From assembly GCA_965226055.1 (NCBI GenBank), contig CBDDCA010000004.1, positions 96,001 through 160,000 of the forward strand: a stretch of DNA of 64,000 nt, read 5' to 3'. This document shows, one piece after another, positions 10,318-20,286 of this stretch (position 1 is its first letter; each line of letters opens with the position of its first letter). The notes under the pieces are model-generated. The model worked only from the letters and a program-made list of their open reading frames with translations, did no database searches and was not told the origin of the DNA. The position numbers and the translations under genes are program-made. The stretch is from Spirochaetia bacterium. Its GTDB lineage: Bacteria; Spirochaetota; Spirochaetia; WTKD01; G963693115.

Positions 10318-11406
10318 CTAATTTTCTATTTGTTCTTTAGTATAATATCCAGAGTCAATCAACACATTTTCATAATTGTCTTGGGTAATTTCAACTGGCT
10401 CAAGTAAATAAGAAGTAACTGTTTTTTTGCCTGTATTGTAGGTTGTATTATCCATACGAGTTCCTGCGATAGAAGGGGGTTGGTTTTGTAGTATAGCATC
10501 TGCTAATTCAATAGTAGCTTTTGCTAAATTTCTTGTATCTTTGAACACGGACATATATTGCTTTCCATCTTTAATCATTTTAATTGAAGATATTTCTCCA
10601 TCTTGTCCAGTAACTATAGGTAGGGTAGTACTGTAGTTGTTGTCAGTTAAGAGGGCTTCAATAATTGCACGGGCAAGAGGATCATTTGGGGCTAGCACTG
10701 CATCAAGTACTACATTACTTGCTGCACTGTTAAGCAGGTTTTCCATACGTTTTTTTGCTTCTTCTGCTTTCCATCCTTCTGTAGTAATTTGAGTGAATGC
10801 AGCATCCTTAGAGTTTGTTGGAGCTGGACCTACGACATTTAAAGCACCGCTTTGTACATATGGATTGAGTATATCCATTGCTCCATCAAAGAAAAAGTAG
10901 GCATTATTATCGGTAGGGGAACCTGCAAAGTAAACAATGTTTTTTCCATTTGCTGAATCTAATAAAAGAGCATCTGCTATAGATTGTCCTTGAATTTGGC
11001 CTACTTTGAAGTTATCAAATGTTATGTAATATTCATAGTCATCTGAGTCAGTAATAAGTCTATCATAGGCAATAATAATGACTCCTTCTTCATTTGCTTT
11101 CGATACAGCTTCTGCAGCTCCTTCATTGATTGCTCCTACTATAATGAGCTTTGCTCCTTTTGTTATAAAGTCTTCAATCTGCTTGTTTTGCTTACTTTGA
11201 TCAGCATCTGCAAAAGCAACTTCCGCTCTATATCCTTTTGCTATGGCAGCTTGTTTAAGCTCTTCTCCATCTCTACGCCATCTTTCTACATGCGTTTCGG
11301 GCATTGCAATTCCAATAAGCACAGCACCTGATTCACCTTCTCCTGCTGAAAATACAGTAGGGAGTATTAAACTTATCATAATAAAAATTACTATTATTTT
11401 TTTCAT
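10318..11406 (-). CDS. Periplasmic sugar-binding protein, ChvE/XylF-like
   Basis: Signal peptide; IGIAMPE...ERW..DG, IIAYDRLI, YITFDNFKVG, GSPTDNNA, LAPND, VTGQDG; RBS aggagg. Confidence 0.92.
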   Translation of the reverse strand: MKKIIVIFIMISLILPTVFSAGEGESGAVLIGIAMPETHVERWRRDGEELKQAAIAKGYRAEVAFADADQSKQNKQIEDFITKGAKLIIVGAINEGAAEAVSKANEEGVIIIAYDRLITDSDDYEYYITFDNFKVGQIQGQSIADALLLDSANGKNIVYFAGSPTDNNAYFFFDGAMDILNPYVQSGALNVVGPAPTNSKDAAFTQITTEGWKAEEAKKRMENLLNSAASNVVLDAVLAPNDPLARAIIEALLTDNNYSTTLPIVTGQDGEISSIKMIKDGKQYMSVFKDTRNLAKATIELADAILQNQPPSIAGTRMDNTTYNTGKKTVTSYLLEPVEITQDNYENVLIDSGYYTKEQIEN

Positions 11407-11490
11407 AATTATCTCCTCCTTAATTTACTATGTGTAGTTTATCTATTAGTGTATTACAATTACATTTTTTTGTCTATAGATTAAGTAATA

Positions 11491-11532
11491 TATTGAAAAA
11501 AAATAAATAATGTATTGAAAAAAAATAAATAA
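11491..11532. repeat. Perfect 20-bp direct repeat (period 22) in a divergent promoter region
   Basis: tattgaaaaaaaataaataa at 11491-11510 and 11513-11532. Confidence 0.8.
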
Positions 11533-11641
11533 AATAGTACTATAATATTATAGTAAAGTTCTTTAGCTATGTTCCGATAGTATAAGAAATAGAATGCATG
11601 TTGCATATATTGCAATATTATAAAAAATAAGTGAGGAAATT

Positions 11642-12694
11642 ATGAAAAAAATATTATTTAGTGTATTTTTTGTGTTATTTGTTATGATGGTATTATTTGT
11701 AGGATGTACCTCTCAAGAAGAAAGTGTGCAACCGCAAGAAGAGGAAGTGGTAGAAGAGCCTCCGATAGAGGAAGAACCACAAGAGGAGGAAGTAGAAGTA
11801 GTACCAAGCCTTTCTTTACAAGAAGTAAAAAAGAGTACTGTTCACAATAGAGGGGCAGAAGGGCTTGCTATTTATAATGGTACAGTGGTAACAGGAAGCT
11901 GGAACGATAATATTGTGTTATCATCGTTGAACGGAGAAACTGTTAAGCTGATTAATAAAGCACATAAGAGCGATGTTGTAGATATTGAATTTGGTGCAAA
12001 TGGGAACTTTTTTGTGTCTGCTGGATTAGATAGAGCTATAAAGATATGGGATGCAAAAGGATCGTTGCTAAAAAGTATAACTACCCCAGTAAATGTGATA
12101 GATGTTTCTGTGAGTACAGGAGTAAATCCTTATATTGCAGCTGCTGCATTGAATGGAATGGTATATATATATGAATACGAAAATAAAAAGCGAATTTCAC
12201 AGTTTAAGGTGACATCAAAATATAGTACTGCAGTACAGTTTATAAATCAAAACACTGTTGCTGGAGCAGGGGTAGATGGATATATTGTTGTTTGGGACAT
12301 AGCGAATAGTAAAGAGCTATTTCGGTTTAAGGCACATAATCAACGTATCAATGTATTGCGTATAAATGCAGATGCTAGTATGCTCGCAAGTGCAGGATGG
12401 GACAAAAGTGTAAAAATATGGGGAATCAATGATAGTTATAACGAGATAGCTTCATTTAGTACTAAAGAACAAGGTGCTATAGAATCGCTTGCGTTTTCTC
12501 CTGATAGTGTATTTATATTAGCAGGTGATAGGAGTGGCAATATCATTACATGGGATATGGATACCAAAGAGATGTACAGTATAAAGCAAACAGGAACAAA
12601 AAGAGTATATGATATACAGTTTAATGCTGATGGAGATAAAGCGGTAGCCACAGGTTATGATACTTCAGTGCGATTTTATACTGTTGAGCGATAA
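11642..12694 (+). CDS. WD40-repeat beta-propeller lipoprotein
   Basis: Lipobox-like LFVGC, Glu/Pro-rich tether, repeats such as AHKSDV...SAGLDRAIKIWD and AHNQRI...SAGWDKSVKIW. Confidence 0.85.
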   Translation: MKKILFSVFFVLFVMMVLFVGCTSQEESVQPQEEEVVEEPPIEEEPQEEEVEVVPSLSLQEVKKSTVHNRGAEGLAIYNGTVVTGSWNDNIVLSSLNGETVKLINKAHKSDVVDIEFGANGNFFVSAGLDRAIKIWDAKGSLLKSITTPVNVIDVSVSTGVNPYIAAAALNGMVYIYEYENKKRISQFKVTSKYSTAVQFINQNTVAGAGVDGYIVVWDIANSKELFRFKAHNQRINVLRINADASMLASAGWDKSVKIWGINDSYNEIASFSTKEQGAIESLAFSPDSVFILAGDRSGNIITWDMDTKEMYSIKQTGTKRVYDIQFNADGDKAVATGYDTSVRFYTVER

Positions 12695-12726
12695 CTAACG
12701 ATAATTGAAAATTAAATATACACAAC

Positions 12727-12760
12727 AAAAAAGCTACCGTTTGTACGGTAGCTTTTTTTT
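12727..12760. terminator. Bidirectional intrinsic terminator
   Basis: aaaaaagctaccgt-ttgt-acggtagctttttttt between the convergent WD40 and hppA genes. Confidence 0.9.
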
Positions 12761-12767
12761 AAGTCTT

Positions 12768-14822
12768 TTATAATAATGGAGCAATAATAAGAGCAATAAT
12801 CGTTATCAATTTAATAAGAATATTGAGTGATGGTCCTGCTGTATCTTTGAGTGGATCGCCTACTGTGTCACCTACCACTGAGGCTTTATGTGTCTCAGAT
12901 CCTTTCCCATTTTCTTTACGCTCTTCTATCATTTTTTTTGCGTTATCCCATGCACCGCCACTGTTTGCCATAAAAATAGCAAGGGTAATGCCACTTACCG
13001 TTGCTCCTACGATGAGTCCTGAGAGCATTTCTACGCCTCCAAAAAAACCAATAATAACAGGAATAACGATAGTGCCTAATCCAGGGAGTATCATTTCTTT
13101 AATGGCAGACTTAGTAGAAATATGAATACAACGATTATAATCAGGGGTATCATTTCCTTGTAATATACCTGGTTTTTCCTTAAACTGTCTACGTACTTCG
13201 TTTATCATAGAAGCAGCTGCTTTGCTTACTGCATCAATAGTAAGAGCACTAAAGGTATACGGTATCACTGCACCAATCATGAGTCCAATAAGTACTGGTA
13301 TTGAGGTTAAATCAATACTGTCTATTCCTACCGATTCTTTGAACGAAGTAAACAAAATAAATGCAGTAAGTGCTGCACTTCCAATAGCAAAGCCTTTTCC
13401 TATGGCAGCGGTGGTGTTTCCTACTGAATCAAGAGAATCAGTGATTTCGCGTACTTCTGGAGGATAGTTACTCATAACGGCTAATCCTCCAGCATTGTCA
13501 GATATAGGACCGTACGCATCAACTGCTAACTGAATGCCTATAGTGACTAGCATCCCTAATGCTGCAATGGCAATACCAAAAAGACCAGCAAAGCTGTAAC
13601 TAATTCCTACTGTAGCTGCAATGACTAAAATAGGGAGTAAGCAAGAAAACATTCCTACTCCTAATCCTGATATTATGTTTGTAGCATATCCACTTTCAGA
13701 TTGCTCTACTATTTTTTTTACTGGCTTTTTCCCAAATCCAGTATAATATTCAGTAAGTAATCCTATAGTAATACCACTTGCTAGCCCTAATATGGTGGAA
13801 ATATATATAGTATTTACTGTGAGTATGTTGCTGGAACCTTCAAAATCTTTTAATAGAAAACTTAGTATAGGATAGAACGATATTATTACAATACCTGCAG
13901 CGACAAAAGTTCCTGTATTTAATGCTCGTTGTGCAGATTTTCCCGGTTTTGTGCGTACACATAAAATACCAACGATAGAAGCAACGATTCCAATTACCAC
14001 TAGTATCAATGGGATAAATAAAAGCTGCATACGATATGCTTCTTCTACAGGACTTGCAAGTGCTAATATCATAGAGCCAATAATTGAGCCAATAAATGAT
14101 TCAAATAGATCAGCTCCCATGCCAGCAACATCTCCTACATTATCACCAACATTATCTGCTATTGTGGCAGGGTTTCGAGGATCATCTTCAGGAATATTTT
14201 TTTCTACTTTTCCTACTAAATCAGCACCAACATCAGCCGCTTTTGTAAAAATGCCTCCTCCTACACGAGCAAACAAAGCGATAGCACTTGCTCCCAGAGA
14301 AAAACCTGTGATAATAGGTAAATAATGCTCTTGTATGTTTACTATGGTTACACTCATTACTTGTTGTAATATAAAGAGTAAAATGAAAAGACCGAGAGTA
14401 GAAAGTCCTACTACACTCATTCCCATGATACTTCCTCCTGCAAATGCAATACGTAATGCAGGATTTATGCCTTTTTTTGCAGCCTCAGTGGTACGAGAGT
14501 TTGCGGCAGTAGCAACTTTCATGCCTATGTAGCCAGCTGTCCCCGAAGCAAATGCCCCCAATAGAAATGCAAATGCTTGAAATTTATTTATGCCAGTATT
14601 GAAAAAATAAAGCATAATAGCCATAATAAGTACAAAAGGAATCAAAACTTTGTATTCTTGATGTAGAAATGTAATTGCTCCGTTTGAGATATACGAGCTA
14701 ATTTTTTGTAGCTCAGCAGTTCCTTTATTTTGCTTAAAAATCCAATTACTACGAATAATAGCATATAGCAAAGCAATGGCACTTCCTATAAAAAGTGTCC
14801 AAGTGATAGTTGAAAAATTCAT
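12768..14822 (-). CDS. hppA: Membrane pyrophosphatase, probably K+-dependent Na+-translocating
   Basis: [41 protein letters not shown] (Ala = K+-dependent type), ADLFES (Glu at the Na+-PPase position), [10 protein letters not shown]. Confidence 0.95.
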   Translation of the reverse strand: MNFSTITWTLFIGSAIALLYAIIRSNWIFKQNKGTAELQKISSYISNGAITFLHQEYKVLIPFVLIMAIMLYFFNTGINKFQAFAFLLGAFASGTAGYIGMKVATAANSRTTEAAKKGINPALRIAFAGGSIMGMSVVGLSTLGLFILLFILQQVMSVTIVNIQEHYLPIITGFSLGASAIALFARVGGGIFTKAADVGADLVGKVEKNIPEDDPRNPATIADNVGDNVGDVAGMGADLFESFIGSIIGSMILALASPVEEAYRMQLLFIPLILVVIGIVASIVGILCVRTKPGKSAQRALNTGTFVAAGIVIISFYPILSFLLKDFEGSSNILTVNTIYISTILGLASGITIGLLTEYYTGFGKKPVKKIVEQSESGYATNIISGLGVGMFSCLLPILVIAATVGISYSFAGLFGIAIAALGMLVTIGIQLAVDAYGPISDNAGGLAVMSNYPPEVREITDSLDSVGNTTAAIGKGFAIGSAALTAFILFTSFKESVGIDSIDLTSIPVLIGLMIGAVIPYTFSALTIDAVSKAAASMINEVRRQFKEKPGILQGNDTPDYNRCIHISTKSAIKEMILPGLGTIVIPVIIGFFGGVEMLSGLIVGATVSGITLAIFMANSGGAWDNAKKMIEERKENGKGSETHKASVVGDTVGDPLKDTAGPSLNILIKLITIIALIIAPLL

Positions 14823-15037
14823 TAAAAACTCCTTTGTGTTTTGGTAAAATTATAATTTTCATAGTTATTACTGTTATGTCAATATACTTACAATAATAGC
14901 ATTATGTTCTTTAAGCTCATTATATCATAGGTGAGAGAGTAGTGATTTAAATTACGTATTAAGGGTACAATAGGCTAAAAATAATAACAATATGCTACTA
15001 ATAAGAGAAAATAAGCAAAAAATGACAAAGTATTAGT

Positions 15038-18000
15038 TTAGTACTGTAGTAATGTTCCGCCAAAAGTAAATCCTCCACCAAAAGCAACAATAAGTATTTT
15101 TTTTCCTTTAAGATTACCTGTATTTTCTAATTCTTTTAAGCAAATAGGAATAGTGTTAGAAGAACTGTTTCCATGTTTATCAATGTTAATATAAAATTTA
15201 TCTAAAGGTAATTGTAAGCGTTTCGCTATTACGTTTATTATTTTTTGGTTTGCTTGATGAGGAATAATAATATCTATGTCTTCAAAAGATGTATTGTATG
15301 TATCACATACTTTTCTTGCAATATCACTTAAATGTTTAATTGCTAACTTGTATACTTCAAGTCCATTCATAGAAATAGAGCCGTTTTCAGGAACCATTAA
15401 CAATTCTGCAGGAGCTCCTACTGTTTGTAAAATAGGGTTGAATATTTCTACTGAATGCTCTGTTTTCTCTGTACTGATAATAGAGGCAGATGCAGCATCA
15501 GAAAATACAGGTGCAGTCTGATAATCTGATAAATCTATACGCTTAGAAAGAATTTCTCCTGTAATAAGCAAAAATTTCTTGTTAGGATGCTTATACACAT
15601 ATTGATACACATTGCTTAATGCAAATATAAAACCTGAACATGCAGCAGAGATATCGTATGCAAATATGTCAGGGGCTGTTTCAAAATTTCTTTGTTTTGT
15701 TAATTCATACTGTACCATTGTAGCAAGCGATGGTGTTTGATACTCATGAGTTCCTGTTGCACAAATAATCCCATCAATATCCTGCAAACTCAGCTTAGCT
15801 TTATCAAGCGTTTTTTGTGCTACCTCTGTACACATTGATACTAAATTTTGTTCATCAGAAACCCAGTGTCTTTGTTGTATTCCTGTACTCCCAAATATTT
15901 TTTCCTCTGTCCATTCGGGAGATAATGTTACTATTTCTTTGTTGCTTACTATTCTATTTCCTAGTACAGTATGTATATGTGATCCATAGACATGTACTGT
16001 TGTAGTAGTAGGAGTATTTACATGTGTAGGAGAAGAAAATGTAAGTGTAGGGTTACTTCTGTCTTCACGAGTGACAACTTTGACTACTATATCATCTGTT
16101 TTTATTCGTGCAATGGCTGTTCCAATAGAAACAGAGTCTCCTTCTTGATATAATAGCTCTATAATTTCACCATTGACACTAGATTTTACATCTACTGTCG
16201 ATTTATCGGCTTCGGCTTCAACTAAAAGTTCTCCTTCTTTTATAAAGTCACCAACTTTTTTATTCCACTGAATAACTACAAATACCTCATCTGATGGGCT
16301 TGATCCTATTGCTTCAATTTCTACTATCCCTGTATTTTTATCAGTGTCCTCTTCGGGCCAATGTATGCTTCCTTCTAACATACGTACTGCTTCATTGAGT
16401 ATTGAACGATACGAGGGGAGAACTTCTAACTGATTAGAAAAATTACATGGAACATAGGTATCTGAGCGTGTTATGCGTGAATATGCATACATATCCTCTG
16501 CTTTTTCACTGATGCTTGCTATAAGCTCCGAACTTACTGATACGAGCTTTGAGTCTTCATGTGTTACGAGTAATTTTCTTGTTTTTTGTACAGACTGCAG
16601 TACAGTATTGACATCAATGGGCTTTACTGTCCTTAAGTCTATTACTTCAGCTTGCTTTCCATAATTACTGAGCGTTTCGGCAACTTGCATACAAAGAGGA
16701 ACTGTATTGCCAAAAGCAACAAGAGTGATATCCTCTCCTTGTTTGATGATACTTGCTTTTCCTGGAGCAATTACTAAGGAACGAGCTCCAGATTTACTAA
16801 TGGTCTTATGTTGTACATTGAGCAAATTTTTTGGATAAAAATATACAGTAGGACGCTTTGATATGAATGCAGCATTAAGCAACCCTGCAGCATCTTTTGC
16901 ATTTGATGGTATACATACATCTATACCAGGAACATGAGCAGCAAAAGATTCCATAGAGGAAGCATGAAATGGTCCTAATCCTGGTTTGTATCCTCCACAG
17001 GATGCCATAATAATAAGAGGTATTTCCCAATTTCCTCCACTTCGCCAATACATAGATCCAAGTTCAGAATAAATTTGATTAAACGCTAGAGGAAAGAAAT
17101 CAGCAAATTGTAAAAATGCTACTGGTCTTTGTCCTGCTAATGCTCTTCCTATTGAGGCTCCTACTATAAGAGATTCACTTAAAGGGCTGTTGACTACGCG
17201 TTCTGAAAAAGTAGTTGATAATCCTTTTGTTAAACCAAATACATCTCCTTTTGGGTCCTCAATATCTTGTCCATAGAGAAACACAGATGGATCTTTTTCA
17301 AGCCAATGCCATAATACTTCTCGTATTGATTCAAGCATAACGAGCGAACCTTCTTCGTACTTTTCATCAACTGTAGGAGTGATAGAAAGCTCTTTTATAG
17401 CAGTGAACACTGGTGCTGGCTCGTTTTCACGTTGTGCTTGTATGGCAAGAGGCTTTAATGTAGCATACATTTCTTGTTGCATTGTATTGCATTTTTCTTG
17501 TGCTTCTTGTACATCTATATCTTCTAGTTCCACTAACAGATTTACAATAGGATCTGAATGCTGCCATATTTGTTCAATATCATCTTTATTACGATATATT
17601 TGTTGATTATCAGCGTTTGTATGATTACTTAGTCTTTCAACAGAGAATACTACAATTTTAGGAATGGAATTGCTACGAATTGACTGAATTGCTTGTTGGA
17701 ATACTTGATATGCCTTATGAGGATATCTTCCATCAATACGAATAATTTCGCATCCCATAAATTCTGATATCTCTTTGTTTCCCACTTGATAGAATGTTTT
17801 GCCTGCTGTAGGAGTGGAAATAGCAAATTTATTGTCTTCAACCACTACTAATACAGGAAGAGAGTCGCGTATAGATAATGCTAAAGACTCCAGAAATTCA
17901 CCTTCAAATGTTGTTCCCTCACCAGTAAGATTTACTACAATGGAATCACTTCCTTTTTGTTTGAGTGTGGCAGCAACTCCTACTGCATGAAGAGCGCTAT

Positions 18001-18343
18001 TGCCAACAGGTCCAGAAATGCTAAGCACATTCAATTCTGGAGCGCTCATATGAGCATTCATCTGTCGACCATGTGAGTGAGAGGTATCTTTGTTAAATAA
18101 TGCTCGAAAGTAGTCAAGCGGAGTGAGTCCTCTTGCTAACAATAGGGCTTTATCTCTATAATGACAATGAAGCCAATCATCTTTTTGAAGAAGTGGTGCT
18201 AATACGGAAATTCCTTCATGTCCTGCCCCAGAAACATGAAAAAAAGCTTCTCCTCTTGCAGTATATTCTTGTTCAATTTGATCTATGGCTCGTGCCATGA
18301 TCATAAAATTTAAATTTTCTGTAATAATGGGATTATTTTTCAT
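15038..18343 (-). CDS. Fusion: 2-oxoacid dehydrogenase E1alpha + E1beta + lipoyl domain + 3-oxoacyl-ACP synthase III (FabH)
   Basis: E1a: GAGHE, HYRD, TPP motif GEG...EDN, RLSNH. E1b: GQDI...GDVFG, SPLSE, QFADF, GPFH, EVIDLRT. Lipoyl domain: EAEADKSTVDV. KAS III: TGIQQR, DISAACSGF, IPHQAN, HGNSSS, FGGGFTFG. Confidence 0.9.
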   Translation of the reverse strand: MKNNPIITENLNFMIMARAIDQIEQEYTARGEAFFHVSGAGHEGISVLAPLLQKDDWLHCHYRDKALLLARGLTPLDYFRALFNKDTSHSHGRQMNAHMSAPELNVLSISGPVGNSALHAVGVAATLKQKGSDSIVVNLTGEGTTFEGEFLESLALSIRDSLPVLVVVEDNKFAISTPTAGKTFYQVGNKEISEFMGCEIIRIDGRYPHKAYQVFQQAIQSIRSNSIPKIVVFSVERLSNHTNADNQQIYRNKDDIEQIWQHSDPIVNLLVELEDIDVQEAQEKCNTMQQEMYATLKPLAIQAQRENEPAPVFTAIKELSITPTVDEKYEEGSLVMLESIREVLWHWLEKDPSVFLYGQDIEDPKGDVFGLTKGLSTTFSERVVNSPLSESLIVGASIGRALAGQRPVAFLQFADFFPLAFNQIYSELGSMYWRSGGNWEIPLIIMASCGGYKPGLGPFHASSMESFAAHVPGIDVCIPSNAKDAAGLLNAAFISKRPTVYFYPKNLLNVQHKTISKSGARSLVIAPGKASIIKQGEDITLVAFGNTVPLCMQVAETLSNYGKQAEVIDLRTVKPIDVNTVLQSVQKTRKLLVTHEDSKLVSVSSELIASISEKAEDMYAYSRITRSDTYVPCNFSNQLEVLPSYRSILNEAVRMLEGSIHWPEEDTDKNTGIVEIEAIGSSPSDEVFVVIQWNKKVGDFIKEGELLVEAEADKSTVDVKSSVNGEIIELLYQEGDSVSIGTAIARIKTDDIVVKVVTREDRSNPTLTFSSPTHVNTPTTTTVHVYGSHIHTVLGNRIVSNKEIVTLSPEWTEEKIFGSTGIQQRHWVSDEQNLVSMCTEVAQKTLDKAKLSLQDIDGIICATGTHEYQTPSLATMVQYELTKQRNFETAPDIFAYDISAACSGFIFALSNVYQYVYKHPNKKFLLITGEILSKRIDLSDYQTAPVFSDAASASIISTEKTEHSVEIFNPILQTVGAPAELLMVPENGSISMNGLEVYKLAIKHLSDIARKVCDTYNTSFEDIDIIIPHQANQKIINVIAKRLQLPLDKFYINIDKHGNSSSNTIPICLKELENTGNLKGKKILIVAFGGGFTFGGTLLQY

Positions 18344-18500
18344 CTATATACTTATTTTTATTATTTCAAAAATAGCTCATATAGTCAATATAAGGGAGAT
18401 GCAGAGATTACACATATATACTATATTGTTATATAATTAAATTAGAAAGATTGATTTAATCTTATTAAATGTATGAGCTATAAATATATGGAGGAATACT

Positions 18501-18908
18501 ATGGAAGATGAAGACAAAGATTTGATTGAAAAATTTGCTGAGAAATTAGTAGGTTTTGGAATTCCTGGAATTATATTTTTTTATGTAGCTGCAGGAACTA
18601 GGTTAACAGGAGCAGCTGCTACTACAGCAGCATTAGCTGCCATAGGGCCCTTTGGTATGATTGGTGGTATTGTTGTATTAGGAGTTATAGGAGTCTTGGC
18701 AACAGCTGGATATCGCACCATCATAAAAAAAGGATATAAAGACCGAGTTATAAGAAGATCTTTAATAATATATAAGGAAAAAAAGGAAAAAGAGACAGGC
18801 AAGGAAATAAAATGGGAAGAGATAGGAGAAGAAATAAAAAAAACCAAATTTATATCATCATCAAAAAGAGAACATCTTTTGAGGATAGTTGAAGGAGAGA
18901 GGCATTGA
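18501..18908 (+). CDS. Small membrane protein with a Gly/Ala-rich hydrophobic (glycine-zipper-like) segment
   Basis: RBS ggagg; GFGIPG...GAAATTAALAAIGPFGMIGGIVVLGVIG followed by a basic C-terminus. Confidence 0.7.
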   Translation: MEDEDKDLIEKFAEKLVGFGIPGIIFFYVAAGTRLTGAAATTAALAAIGPFGMIGGIVVLGVIGVLATAGYRTIIKKGYKDRVIRRSLIIYKEKKEKETGKEIKWEEIGEEIKKTKFISSSKREHLLRIVEGERH

Positions 18909-18926
18909 TAACTATAACATGAGATA

Positions 18927-20264
18927 ATGCAGAAAGAAATGCAAAGAAAAAAAGATCTTATCATGGTAGAACAAGAACTACTGTACAAGAAATTAGAAAA
19001 TGTAAATCTCAGAAAACTATTAAAGCAGAAAAAATATAAATATTTGAAAAAATTTATAAAGCCGTATCAGAAGGAAGGATCAAAGATAGTAAGAGCAAAA
19101 ATAGTCAAAAAGGGAGAAAAGAAAATATATGAGGCATATGAAAAAGAAAAATATTTATGTGATTTCTCATGCTGTGATTTTTTAGCAGAGGTAACATTTT
19201 GTAATTGTCTATTTAGCGAAGGAGCAAATTTCGAAGAAGCAATATTTAGCGAAAGAGCAACTTTTGAAACAATATTTAGTGGAAAAGCAAATTTTACGGA
19301 AGCAACATTTAGCAAAGAAGCATCTTTCATGAGAGCAACATTTAGTGAAGAAGTAAATTTTACGGAAGCAACATTTAGCGAAGGAGCAATTTTCGTGAGA
19401 GCAAAATTTAGTGGAGAAGCAAATTTTACGGAAGCAACATTTAGCAAAGAAGCATCTTTCATGAGAGCAAAATTTAGTGGAGAAGCAAATTTTAGAAAAG
19501 CAACATTTAGCGAACTAGTTCAGTTTAAAAATATTTTGTCGAAAGGAAATATGTATTTTGATGGGGCAAAATTTGAGAATAAGGTAAATTTTGAATATGC
19601 TATTTTTGAACAAAATATATGTGATTTGCCATCTAGAATAGAAGCAGAAGATGACAGTAAGGAAACATATCGGGCAATTAAGCATCAACTGTATAAACAA
19701 AATGACTATTTAGAAGCACATGATTATTATGTGAAAGAAATGGAGTCTTACCGAAAGAAGTTAGAAAATGATGAAGAAGAGAACAAACTACTAGATGAGT
19801 TTACTCTTAATGTACAGCGTGTTATGACTAATTATGGTCAAGATTGGTTTCGAGGCTTACGTTGGATTATTGAAATAAATTATATAACTACAATAATATT
19901 ATGGATATTATATGGTAATGAAATAAATCCTATATATAATTTAACTGTATTATACCATATTATTATCTTAGTGGGTATTATATGTTTGTTATTTGCTTTT
20001 TGGGAAGAATGTTTCAGTGGTTGTTCATGGATAATACTTATATTTTGTGTTTTAGTTCTGATATTTTATAGAGTATATCCTAATAATAAAGATTTTTTTC
20101 TACTTTTTCTCACTTTAATGAATCCTCTTGATACTATACGCGAAACACTCCCATGTTTCAGCAATGGCTTGTTTGATGTTATTGAGTTTATTATAAATAT
20201 AATAAACCTCTCACTGATATATCTTGTTATCTCGGCATTCCGCAGATTTTCTCGTAATAGGTAA
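18927..20264 (+). CDS. Pentapeptide-repeat (11-aa period) protein with C-terminal transmembrane helices
   Basis: About 10 FSxxAxFxxAx repeats, then YRAIK...EAHDYYVKEM, TNYGQDW and several hydrophobic helices. Confidence 0.85.
   Translation: MQKEMQRKKDLIMVEQELLYKKLENVNLRKLLKQKKYKYLKKFIKPYQKEGSKIVRAKIVKKGEKKIYEAYEKEKYLCDFSCCDFLAEVTFCNCLFSEGANFEEAIFSERATFETIFSGKANFTEATFSKEASFMRATFSEEVNFTEATFSEGAIFVRAKFSGEANFTEATFSKEASFMRAKFSGEANFRKATFSELVQFKNILSKGNMYFDGAKFENKVNFEYAIFEQNICDLPSRIEAEDDSKETYRAIKHQLYKQNDYLEAHDYYVKEMESYRKKLENDEEENKLLDEFTLNVQRVMTNYGQDWFRGLRWIIEINYITTIILWILYGNEINPIYNLTVLYHIIILVGIICLLFAFWEECFSGCSWIILIFCVLVLIFYRVYPNNKDFFLLFLTLMNPLDTIRETLPCFSNGLFDVIEFIINIINLSLIYLVISAFRRFSRNR
19212..19526 (+). 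repeat. Coding tandem repeat, 33-bp unit with a 132-bp higher-order duplication
   Basis: Units resemble tttagcgaaggagcaaattttacggaagcaaca; near-identical ~64-bp blocks start at 19275 and 19407. Confidence 0.9.
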
Positions 20265-20286
20265 AATTCCAAATAAAAGCTATTTT

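Noticed and set aside
12823-14532. + strand ORFs antisense to hppA, and similar short ORFs opposite other genes
   Set aside because: They overlap a highly conserved gene, have no motifs and lack RBS support.
19212-19526. Regular ~33-bp repeats as a CRISPR array
   Set aside because: No unique spacers; the repeats are in-frame codons of a pentapeptide-repeat protein; no cas genes in the window.
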